From the NCBI RefSeq assembly GCF_006345805.1, contig NC_043003.1, positions 6,138,001-6,202,000 on the forward strand: DNA of 64,000 bases, read 5' to 3'. Position numbers and translations under genes: made by a program. How positions within the stretch are numbered: the stretch's first letter is position 1; each line of letters begins with the position of its first letter. The notes below the pieces were generated by a model. The model made no database searches. It was given only the letters and a program-made list of their open reading frames with translations, and was not told where the DNA came from. Positions 1 through 10,100 of this stretch are shown here, piece by piece. Source of the stretch: Octopus sinensis. Lineage: Eukaryota.

Positions 1-62
1 ATCTGTTTGTTTTGTACACCACCTGTCTTCGTCTTTTGTTTTTTTCCGTAAACTCTCCCTAT
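1..62 (+). mobile_element. 3' end fragment of Penelope-like terminal repeat (family P1), running into (TA)n
   Basis: Reverse complement of 45251-45310 (atagggagagcttacgaaaaaaacaaaagacgaagacaggtggtgtacaaaacaaacagat). Confidence 0.6.
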
Positions 63-496
63 ATATATATATATTATATATATATATATATATATATGTA
101 TGTACTGTTGAAAGCCTTCAAAATTGTATAGGCCTCTAGAAAGCGAATACTGCACTTTAGAAGACTTTCAACAGTGTATATGCTTTGAGTGAGTATACAG
201 ATTACTAACTTGAACCAATACTGCTTAAGCCGCGAATAATGGATTAGGTGTGTGGGTATGTATATGTATTCAATAAGGGTTTGAATACTGTATGGATAGA
301 CTGCGTCCTCCTTGTCCGAGCATCCTATGTCTTAAAACCCATGAAGTGATGCGAAACTGATTCTAACTGATATTAAAATCTTGGAACTCTAAACAAATGT
401 ATTGATTGCCACTTTTTTGCCAGGGGTCCGTTTGTTCGTCGTTCAGTCACTTATATTCATGCATACGAATATATACACTTATACGTATGTATAAAT

Positions 497-676
497 ATAA
501 CGGGAAGCTTTATGAAAATAAACAAAAGACGAAGGCAAGTGGAATACAAACAAACAATTGTATTAGTATGGCGTTCAGGAATATAAATAAAACAAGTCTT
601 TTACGTTTCGAGCCTACGCTCTTCGACAGAAAGATACACAGAAAAGAAACACGGAAAGAAACAAGGAGAAAAAAAA
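497..676 (-). mobile_element. Penelope-like terminal repeat fragment (family P1) with hammerhead-like fold at 597-634
   Basis: Homologous to 1848-1995, 35765-35880 and 45250-45410; minus strand reads tcttt-ctgtcga-agagcgtaggctc-gaaac-gta-aaaga. Confidence 0.6.
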
Positions 677-689
677 TGCGTGCAGAAGC

Positions 690-811
690 TTGGCCTGCTC
701 GCTTAGCCAGCGGGGTGGCGTCATTTGAAGGCTAAAACAGTGCGAAGTGCATTGTGACCAGCGATGTGTAGCAACATCTGATAGCCTGGTCAGTCATGGT
801 GATCAGTCATG

Positions 812-816
<5 letters not shown>
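690..816 (+). mobile_element. SINE 3' tail fragment (family E)
   Basis: Matches the 3' part of 50057-50315 and the inverted copy at 1006-1120. Confidence 0.65.
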
Positions 817-876
<60 letters not shown>

Positions 877-961
877 CTGTGTGTGTGAATATACAGATAT
901 ATAGGTGTGCGTGTGTGTGTGTGTATGTATTGTATATATGTATATGTATATATGTGTGCCC

Positions 962-1000
<39 letters not shown>

Positions 1001-1005
1001 ATCGT

Positions 1006-1295
1006 GATCACCGTGACCGACCAGGCTATCAGATGTTGCTACACATCGCTGGTCACAATGCGCTTCGCATTGTTTTAGCTTTCAAATTACGCCACCCTAC
1101 TGGCTAAGTGAGCAGGCCAACAGAAGAAAGAGTGAGAGAAAGTTGTGGCGAAAGAGTACATCAGGGATCGCCACCACCCACTGCCAGAGCCTCGTGGAGC
1201 TTTTAAGTGTTTTCGCTCAATAAAATCTCACAAGGCCCGGTTTGGGAATCGAAACCGCGAGTCTGCTGCCCTAGCCACTGGGCCATTGCGCCTCC
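1006..1295 (-). mobile_element. tRNA-headed SINE: family-C head/core joined to a family-E tail
   Basis: Head ggaggcgcaatggcccagtggctagggcagcagactcgcggtttcgattccc (A/B boxes) shared with 29975, 36873 and 43271; tail shared with 690-804. Confidence 0.8.
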
Positions 1296-1347
1296 ACACA
1301 CACACACACACACACATATATATACATACATACATACATACATACAT

Positions 1348-1381
<34 letters not shown>

Positions 1382-1715
1382 GCACGCGCGCATTAATATC
1401 CGGAATGATAGTGAATACAAGGAGACGTGGCAAATTATGCAAAACCACTTTTCACATAAACACACACACAGGTCTTGCTACTCTATAATTACATCATTGA
1501 TTAACATAACTCACTAATTAAACACAATACATACTAATTTATTTTATTTCACTTGAATTAAACTTCCATTCTAAATCACTCTTCAGATACTTCCGTGTCT
1601 GTCACCGCTCTGAAAACAATATCATATATACATACTTAATACATTATATATAAATAAATATACAAGTACATATACCTATCTATATATACTTATATAAATA
1701 TATATGCATTCATAC

Positions 1716-1762
<47 letters not shown>

Positions 1763-1775
1763 ATTAATAATCCAC

Positions 1776-1838
<63 letters not shown>

Positions 1839-1847
1839 ATATATATA

Positions 1848-1995
1848 CAGTTGAAATTCACAGAAAGACAAAAGACGAGAACAGATGTATAAACAACAAA
1901 GCGATATATTAGTTTAACTCGGGAAGGTGAGGTGTGAGGTCTTTTACATTTCGGGCCTACGCTCTTCAACAGAAAGGAACACGATGAAATAAATG
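1848..1995 (-). mobile_element. Penelope-like terminal repeat fragment (P1) with hammerhead-like fold at 1940-1977
   Basis: Minus strand ccttt-ctgttga-agagcgtaggccc-gaaat-gta-aaaga; same family as 597-634. Confidence 0.55.
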
Positions 1996-2001
1996 GACAG
2001 A

Positions 2002-2066
<65 letters not shown>

Positions 2067-2384
2067 ATGAAATTTTGAATTTAGTTCAGAGACCCTCTGT
2101 ACTACTTTGGTAGACCACCAGGTGTCCGTGGACCCCAGGTTGGGAACCACTGCTCCAGATAACGAAGCCTGAGACACAGAATTGTCATAGCCGGAACATT
2201 TATGATCTGAGGTCAACAGGGTTACAAATGATCTGCTCTTTATAAAACAATAACAACAACAATAACAAACATAAAGAATACTGTAACCCTTTGCCTAACG
2301 TGTACCACAGTGGAATTGAACCGGAAATGATGCGCTTTAGAATCTAGTTTATTAACCCATGTCCAGCCTGACCGAACAGTAGTA

Positions 2385-2721
2385 GTTTACAAAAAGTTAA
2401 CTGCTTTCCAATCACATGGATCTGGGTTCGGTCCCGCTGCGTGGCACTTTGAGCGTTTCCTACTATAGCCTCGGGTCGACCAACTCTAAACTTAACCCTT
2501 GTGAGTAAAATTGGTAGACGGAAACTAAAAGAAGCCCGTCGTACATGTGTGTGTGTTTATGTGTCTGTGTTTGTGCCCCCCCTCACATCGCTTGACAACC
2601 GATGTTGGTGTGTCTACGTCCCCGTAACTTGGCGGTTCGGCAAAATAGGCAGATAGAATAAGTACTAGGCTTACAAAGAATAAGTCCTGGGATCGATTCG
2701 TTCGACTACAGGCAGTGCTCC
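2385..2721 (+). mobile_element. tRNA-headed SINE family A, degenerate
   Basis: Colinear with 19533-19952 (gggttcggtcccgctgcgtggcac...gtagacggaaactaaaagaagcccgtcg...gatagaataagtactaggcttacaaagaataagtcc). Confidence 0.85.
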
Positions 2722-2859
2722 GCGGCTATACTGAAGCACCGCCCAGTTTTAGTCGAACAAATGAACCCCAGGACTTATTTTTTAGCCTAGTATTCAGTCT
2801 CATTTACTAAACCACTAAGTTAGGGAGACGTAAACACACCAACACCGAGTGTCAAGCGA
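2722..2859 (-). mobile_element. SINE family A 3' half, inverted against the preceding copy
   Basis: Reverse complement matches tcgcttgacaaccgatg...ttcgactaaaggcggtgctccagcatggccgc. Confidence 0.75.
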
Positions 2860-2879
2860 TGAAGGGGACACGCACGCAC

Positions 2880-2917
<38 letters not shown>

Positions 2918-3460
2918 GTATATATATGTATATATATATGTGTATATATATATATATATATATTTATATATGGGGAGAGCAGAAATTCTTCGCTTGCATA
3001 TTTGGGGTTTGTTGGCACTGTTAGTTACGAGCGGATCTTCAAAAGCGATAGGAGGCCGAAGGGTATGCTCCCACTTTCAGTGTTTTCAAATCCAAACCAG
3101 GGAGTTCTGAGCTGATGATAGAAATGTCGAGTTTTGACTAATATCTTGAAACGTACGTTCTCAATAAACCTTTGCATCTGATTTTTAATGTCTCTACCCC
3201 CCATACTTCCGTGAGTTGAATTGAGCAAACACTATATGAGAGAGGTTTTCTTTAAATATTAGAAATAGTTTTATAAATGTTTTTTTAGCTGCTATTTCTA
3301 ATGAGTTCAGTATGCGGCAAAGTAAGTTATTTTACTAAGCCCTTTTATATAATGTAATAATTTGAATTCGCCTTAAATGGTCCCTTTGCATACTGAACAC
3401 TTGGTGAAATTGATTAATTAATTAATTTTACCCTCAATTGTTGAAATTATATATATATAT

Positions 3461-5515
3461 ATCATCGTTGGCGTTTTATGGTGTGTCCGATAGTTTATTT
3501 GGGTTCTCCTTGACCGCTTCTTCCCGTTTGTTCGTGGTTATGCCTCCGATGACTGAAGAGGCCGATTCTTGCATCGAAGCATCTATTGCAAAGTTCACAA
3601 AGGGATCCGTGTCGGAGGCTTTGGTCGTTGCAGCCTCCGTTTTCTTTCTTGTCATTTCTCTTCTTTCCTCTGTCGTTCAGCTTCAAGATGATCTGCCACA
3701 GTGGAGATGGAATGATGCCAGCCTGGCCTGTCCGGTGCTTCAATGTCCCAGGCTTTGGGATCGATTCCAGTCTGTTTTAGGCTTTTGCTTCAGCTGGTCC
3801 TTGTATTGATGGAGGGGACAGCTGTGGAGACTTCTTCCGGTGGAAAGTTCACCATATAAAATTTGACGAGGCAGCCTGGTCTCTTTCATTCTTGCTACGT
3901 GGCCCGCCCATCTCAGACGATGTTTCAGGGGGGTGGCCTCAATGTTGCTGGTTTTCGTTCTCTCCAAAACGGAGACATCGGTCACATAGTTGTTCCATTT
4001 GATATTCATAGAACGGAGCTTCTCTTGGTGAAATCGCTCTAGCATTTTGACGTCACTTCCGTAAAGAGTCCGGGTTTTACAACTGTGGAGGATAATGGAG
4101 ATCAGGACTGCTTGGTAGACGCTCAATTTTGTTTTGTGGTTCAGATATTTGTTCATAAAGACCCTTTTCGCGAGTCCACCAAACGCGCTTTGAGCCGCTC
4201 TTAATCATTGGGGTATTGTCTGGGCCAGGGGAGTTCCGCAGCTTCATGCGGTTGAGGGCAATCTGGTACTCTTCGCAGGAAGGTGGTGTGTTTATCAAGT
4301 GCCGAGTTGGACGTATAGGTACATTCTTCAAGAAGTCTTCCTCTTCGTTGGAGTCTTGGTTCAGAAGACTCGAGAAGAGCTCTCTCCCGCGTTGAAGGAT
4401 ATCTTATGGGTCAGTCAAGATGGTGTTAGAGTCTACTGATGGAAGAGACCCTGTTGATGATCTCACGGGCCCAAAAAATTCCTTCGTTCCTGCGTAGAAG
4501 CGTCTGAGGTCACAGACGTTAGCATACCTTTGGAGTTCAACAGCTTTTTGTTGCCACCAGTTGTTCCGCACCTCTCTTAATTTTGTTTGGCATCGTCTTT
4601 TGCGGTTTTGATATCTCACCTTCTTGTGTTGCAGTCTTGGATCTTGCACCTGAGTGAGGTGGGCTTGCCGTTTTGCATCGATTAGCTGGCCAATTTCTTG
4701 ATCATGTCATCAAACATGTCTTGATGTCTCCTTTTGTTGTGCCCGAGGGTGTTTTCAGCCACTGCAGTGATGGTTTTTCGAAGTGTGCTCCATTCCTTAT
4801 CCATATCCTGTTTGTCAGATGGGATGGATTGAAAGTGTTTGAGAATGCATAAAGGGAAATGATCTCTAGGATGTTAAGCTTCGATATGTCAAAGTTCCTT
4901 CTGACTGGTTTTGTTTCTCCAGTCTTTGGTTTATTGTTAACCATTATTCGGGTGATGACTAGACGATAGGCTGTCCGGTAATCGTCAGTGCACTTAGCCG
5001 TTCGCGTGATGAGGATGTTTCTTTTGTCTCGTTGTATGATGATGGAGTAGTCCAGGAGGTGCCAGTGTTTCGACCTGGGGTGCTTCCAGGTGGTCTTGAA
5101 GCGATTTGGAAATCGAAATTGAGTGTTGTTGAGGAAGAGTGTTCAGTGCACGGCCCAAGGAGCAAGAGTCCATTTTCATTAGTTTCCAACTCTTTCTTTG
5201 TTAACAACATTCTCCCATTGAGCCTGTCTTTCCCACTCTTGTAAGGAGGAAGGGGAGGAGGAGGAGGGGCTTGTCATTTGGTGGTACATTGAGGATCAGG
5301 TCACTCAGTTGTTGGTAGGTGTTTTTCATATTATCATTGCGTCAAGCGCAGGTGCGTAAGCAGAAATCAGTGTCATAAAGGTGATGGCAGAGATCGGTAT
5401 TCGCAGCGTCATACGCCGTTCACCGACGACAGATGGTTTCAGATGGTGTTCCTTCACAAGCTGGGATTTTACATCAAAAGCGACTCCGTGAAGTTTTCTC
5501 TTTCCTTCTTTCCCT
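3461..5515 (-). mobile_element. RTE-clade LINE pseudogene (APE domain, linker, C-terminus; RT core deleted)
   Basis: Minus-strand peptides FITLISAYAPA (APE), RNNWWQQKAVELQRYA...FYAGTKEFFGP, SPGPD, KTKLSVYQAV...LRWAGHVARM..RLPRQILYGEL, and CELCNRCFDARIGLFSHRRH; many frameshifts and stops. Confidence 0.92.
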
Positions 5516-6119
5516 AGCTATATATATATATATTGCTAGAAATAGAGGTTAAGTCACTTATAGCTGCGAAAAAGCAAATTTTATATATACTGACGGGATA
5601 GACAGCTACTTCATGAGCGAAGCGAACCTAGAGCACTGGACTGCACGTACACACATACACACATACACACACATATATATATATATATATATTTATATGT
5701 GCATATACACACATATAAATATATATATATATATATTTATATATATTTATATATATATATATATATATATATAATAGATAATTATACATTTCCTGTTTCA
5801 ATATAATTCCATTAAATATAATAGTTTCCTGCCTTCTCAGAAATCACAAAATCACCGAATCACCAAATCACTGGTGACTGGTTCAATTTCCGCTCAAGCG
5901 TACAGACAATAATTACGTTATACACACACATACACACACACCAACCGAGGCATACACACTCGGTGTCTACATACACATACGTGTGTGTGTGCATAACCAA
6001 TTATGAATATTCTAGCTGCTAATAATATACATCTATTCATTTATTTGATATATTTAATTTATTTGTTCATTTCTGTTTCACTGAATTAAATAACATATAA
6101 TTTTCCCGTCTCAGCATCT

Positions 6120-6310
6120 GACTTAAAGAAACCATGTCCAATAGACCGTATCTGGAATATTCTACGCAAATAGAAGGATGCTTCCCTCGCCACTAAGCAC
6201 GACAGACTGCCTGTCTCGCTAAATCATCCTATTCACATTGCTCCTTCCACTGGTCGTAATTTCAAATCCCTGAAGATTTCAATCTATTCACTTTTCGTTC
6301 CAAATGGTTA
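6120..6310 (+). mobile_element. Highly degraded CR1/jockey-like LINE C-terminal remnant
   Basis: PEDFNLFTFRSK resembles the LINE RT C-terminal motif; weak. Confidence 0.3.
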
Positions 6311-6512
6311 AAATAGCAACATTTTTCAGTCCCTGATCGAACAAACCTTGTGCAAAAGATTTCCCATCCGTTATCAGCCTTAATATACACATATCTCTAT
6401 ATATCATTAATTCAAATCTTAGGGTAGCAAGAATATTTATCGAAAAAATTCTTTGTTACTAGTGGTCTAGCAAGAAGGAAAAAATTAGTAAAAAGATTAT
6501 ATATAATTCAGA

Positions 6513-6781
6513 GAAGAATACAGTGTACGTTCAAACACAAAAGAGATACCCGAAGAATAGGATATCTGACTCACTAGAAATAGCAGTTAAATTCCAAGCC
6601 ACTAATTGTAATTCCGAAAGCGGTTGAAAAATAAGATAGAATTAAGGTAAAAGTTTTTATTTTTCAATCACTTTCGGAATTGCAACACTTAGTGGTTTGG
6701 AATTTAACTGCTCTTTCTAGTGAGTCAGATATCCTAGTCTTCGGGTATCTCTTTTGTGTTTGAATGTACACTGTATTCTTC
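6513..6781. repeat. Fold-back element, ~122 bp arms (6513-6634 / 6657-6781) with 22 bp loop; MITE-like
   Basis: gaagaatacagtgtacgttcaaacacaaaagagatacccgaag... is mirrored by ...cttcgggtatctcttttgtgtttgaatgtacactgtattcttc. Confidence 0.85.
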
Positions 6782-6959
6782 ATATGTCTATATGTATATA
6801 TACATATTTATGCGTGTGGGTGCATATGTATATGTATACAAATATATAACATATATAAAATGGTAACAATTTACCCATGGCACCCTGTATATCTACACAC
6901 ACATTCACATATTTTTAATTTCGTGCATGCACATCGTTTTTGATTTTGTCGACTACCCA

Positions 6960-7152
6960 GTATTGTGTGCAATCTGAGGACTTTTACCATGTGTGATAGA
7001 AATCAAACATCCAGTCAACATCATGGTGTTTGGAGTGATCATTAGTGATGGCGACGTTATTCCTCCATCCATCTTACTAAACAGCCTCAGAGGCAACATG
7101 GAGGCCTGCATCAAGTTCCTGGAGGAGATAGTGCTGCCTTGGGTCCGTAGGA
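6960..7152 (+). mobile_element. maT/Tc1-type (DD37D-like) transposase fragment
   Basis: IKHPVNIMVFGVIISDGDVIPPSILLNSLRGNMEACIKFLEEIVLPWV; the same segment appears in the element at 31831-33008; possible TIR remnant ggcaccctgta near 6880. Confidence 0.75.
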
Positions 7153-7153
7153 C

Positions 7154-7196
<43 letters not shown>

Positions 7197-7227
7197 TGTG
7201 TGTGTATACACACATACACGTGTGGGG

Positions 7228-7545
7228 GGCGCATGGCTCGGTGGTTAGAGCATCAGGCTCACAATCATGAGGTAGTGAGTTCGATTCCCGGATCAGGCTG
7301 TGCATTGTGTTCTTAAGCAAAATACTTTATTTCATGTTGCTCCAGTTCACTGAGAGGTGGAAATCAGTTGCGACGTCACAGGTTCCAAGCTGTATCGGCC
7401 TTGGATAACATCGATGGAATGGAGAGAAGAGCCTGGCATGCATGGGTGACTGCTGGTCTTCCATAAACAACCTTGCCTGGATTTGTGCCTCGGAGCGGAA
7501 CTTTCTAGGTGCAATCCCATGGTCATTCATGACCGAAGAAGGTCA
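7228..7545 (+). mobile_element. tRNA-headed SINE family D (CORE-like central domain)
   Basis: ggcgcatggctcggtggttagagc...gagttcgattcccgg head, then ttgtgttcttaagcaaaatactttatttc; homolog on minus strand at 41690-42020. Confidence 0.8.
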
Positions 7546-7546
7546 T

Positions 7547-7642
<96 letters not shown>

Positions 7643-7643
7643 T
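7547..7643. repeat. (GATA)n microsatellite
   Basis: Direct reading. Confidence 0.98.
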
Positions 7644-7982
7644 CCGGTTTGCGCAAGTGAGGGAATACTTAATGAAAAAGTCATGTGTATACACTGTTGA
7701 TAGGCCAGTTATTGTAATATTCGTCCTGAGATAACATCACTTATTTACTTACAGTAAATGTCAGAGAAAGAAGACAATTCGAACTGGTCTGTCGACCGTG
7801 TATATATATTAGACATGGTACAAAGTTATTATAATTTAATATTGTCAGAAGCTTGAAATGCATCTGATGTCCTTGCTGGGTGTTTTTGGGACGAATTTTC
7901 GTCTCTTTTTCGATAATTTATTGTTTTTAACGCAGCAAGTCCATAAGAGAGAAATGCTGCAGTAACTGGCCTGGCGGCACTG

Positions 7983-8853
7983 TATACTTGGTCTGATCAA
8001 ATAAGTATCCGGATTGTTGCCATAGTAACAAAGCTAAAGCATGTGGAGTAAAGCTGCTTGGCACAGATTGACCTTGAACTCTGCTGTGCATGTGCACAAA
8101 GTTTTAACATTCTAGCTCACATATGCTGTTTACAGCAGTGCTTGGAAGGAAGGTGTGTAGCGTGTGATCGTTGCATTGACCATGACAGAGAAAGTTGTGC
8201 AGAGAATCTGCATCAAATTTTACCAAAAGCTTGGCGATACCTGCTCAGAGGCCTGCGCAAAATTTTCAAAAACTTTTCATCGTTCTTGACACAATCAAGG
8301 AGATCTTGTGCAACAGAAGTCTGAATATCCTCTTGGTCAGCTGAAAACAGTTTGGACACAAACTTGGCAGACACACCTCTCATACTCAAATCTTCAGCGA
8401 TAATGGACTGAACTGAACCATAACTAATCTGCCCATCCTCTGCTATCTCACGGATGGTGATTCGACGATTTCCCCTCACAGCTGCACGCATATCTGCAAT
8501 GTTTTTTCTCCCAGAACGTTCGTCACTATCGACATTTGTCCGGCCATCTTAGAAACGTCTGGGCCACTCGTACACTTATGTGCGGCTCATACAATCCACT
8601 CCATACACTTTCTGTAACTTTGTGCCGGCCTCTGAGCAGGTATCACCATGACAACAGTCTCTGTCGTGGTCAATGCCACGATCACACCTTTCCAAGCAGT
8701 GCTGTAAACAGCGGAAGTGAGCTACAACGTTAACACTTAGCGTGCATGCACAGCAGAGTTCAATGTCAATTTTTGCCCAGCAGCTTCACTCTGCGTGATT
8801 TAACTTCGTTACTATGGCAACAGTCCGAATACGTATTGATCAGACATTGTACA
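7983..8853. mobile_element. Rearranged mariner element made of two 5' ends in inverted orientation
   Basis: Arms 7983-~8261 (+) and ~8620-8853 (-) both hold the left end and transposase N-terminus; minus ORF 8213-8491 VRGNRRITIREIAE..ISYGSVQSII.EDL.MR.VSAKFV is a mariner HTH region. Confidence 0.88.
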
Positions 8854-8988
8854 TTTTATACGGCACATTGGTACACAGATAAGTAGGTATATATATCAAT
8901 TTAAAATAAGGGTGAAAATTGAACATTAATTTGATTAATATCAATTTGAAACCAGTGGTCTAGCATATAGAAAAATCTGAAGATTCAG

Positions 8989-9487
8989 AAAAATTATATT
9001 ACATACGTATAAAAGGGTTGACCACTAAGTGAACATCCATTACGCTAGAAGTCGACCCCCTATGGTCTTACCACTAAGAAAGGAATGTTCTCAACAAAAT
9101 TTAGCAAACGCCAAAACGTAAGCGAGCAAGACAAATGAAACCATACAAAATATACAACCAGTTCCGTTGTTACCACTTACATAATAACTTACGTAGATGT
9201 CAGGTATTTTGGTGCGCCAAAACGAAGACGTTTGAAATATAACCCCAATGTAATTGGTAGAACTATATACATGTTCAATCTCATGCAGACGTCTCGTGTA
9301 TAGTTCTGCAAATTATATTTTGCTATGACGATCACACTGACGAGTTGCGGGGATTCTATGTAAGTGATTATGTAAGTGGTAACAACGAAACTGGTTTGTG
9401 ATTAATCTGTATATTTTGTATCTTTTCATAGCATAATGGATGTTCACTTAGTGGTCATCCCTTTTATACGTATGTAATATAATTTTC
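8989..9487. repeat. Nested palindromic (fold-back) element
   Basis: Outer arms 8989-9047 / 9429-9487 (aaaagggttgaccactaagtgaacatccatta vs taatggatgttcacttagtggtcatccctttt); inner arms ~9146-9197 / 9355-9418. Confidence 0.8.
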
Positions 9488-9555
9488 TTTCCTTTCCCGA
9501 GCGTCCAATAACACTTATGCTTGTTCCACGTCCTCGCTTTGTTGTGTTTTCTCTT
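9488..9555 (+). mobile_element. Fragment of Penelope-like terminal repeat family P2
   Basis: Reverse complement of 46950-47012 (gcgaggacgtggaacaa...tattggacgctc). Confidence 0.5.
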
Positions 9556-9894
9556 GGAGAATTTTGTATCACTATGACATCTGAAGATCCCTTAAAGCAG
9601 CAGGAGGAAGAACATTCTTGGTTAACAGACAGAATGTCGCGTTTATTACTGTAGGTAAGGGAGGTAACTGTCACAGTTTCAGTATTAAATGCAAAAAGTT
9701 TTGGCCAGTTTTCTGACACAGAATGTCGTGTTTATTATTATAGTTCAGGGAGCTAACTCTTGTAAACCGTTTGAAACTTCTCACGGTCGCTTTACCTGCT
9801 AGAAACAAAAGCCCAAGTACTCTTACATCAGATCCCAATGCTGTATGTTCAAGAAACATATGAAGGTCAGATTTTCAATCCCGGGATCATTCTG

Positions 9895-9984
9895 ATTCCA
9901 AAAACGGATATGTCTATGTAGAGTAAATGTAAACTGAGATACAGGGTGTCCCGACGGACAGACAGAATTTTACTTTTATTTATA
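9895..9984 (+). mobile_element. Helentron/DINE-like short element 3' end
   Basis: gtagagtaaatgtaaactgagatacagggtgtcccgacggacagacag...cttttatttata; near-identical copy at 11765-11840. Confidence 0.45.
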
Positions 9985-10100
9985 TACGAGGTGGTACCGA
10001 AAAGTTCCCGGACGAGATATGCTTAATAAGAAATAACTTATTTACCTACGTTTTTTTAACATCATATCCTGCGAAATAGCCACCTTGTGTAGCAGTACAC
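9985..10100 (-). mobile_element. Mariner 3' end with TIR
   Basis: TA-cgaggtggtaccgaaaagttcccggac; minus strand CTATQGGYFAG resembles the mariner C-terminal CI...GxYFE motif; TIR related to 42555. Confidence 0.6.

Noticed and set aside
2125-2153. hAT-like terminus (ggaccccaggttgggaaccactg); also caggactgggcaa near 63957
   Set aside because: No partner TIR or transposase is visible, so it is too short to call.
3108-3135. ctgatga-ta-gaaatgtc, a hammerhead-like string on the plus strand
   Set aside because: No stem II and no stem I pairing.
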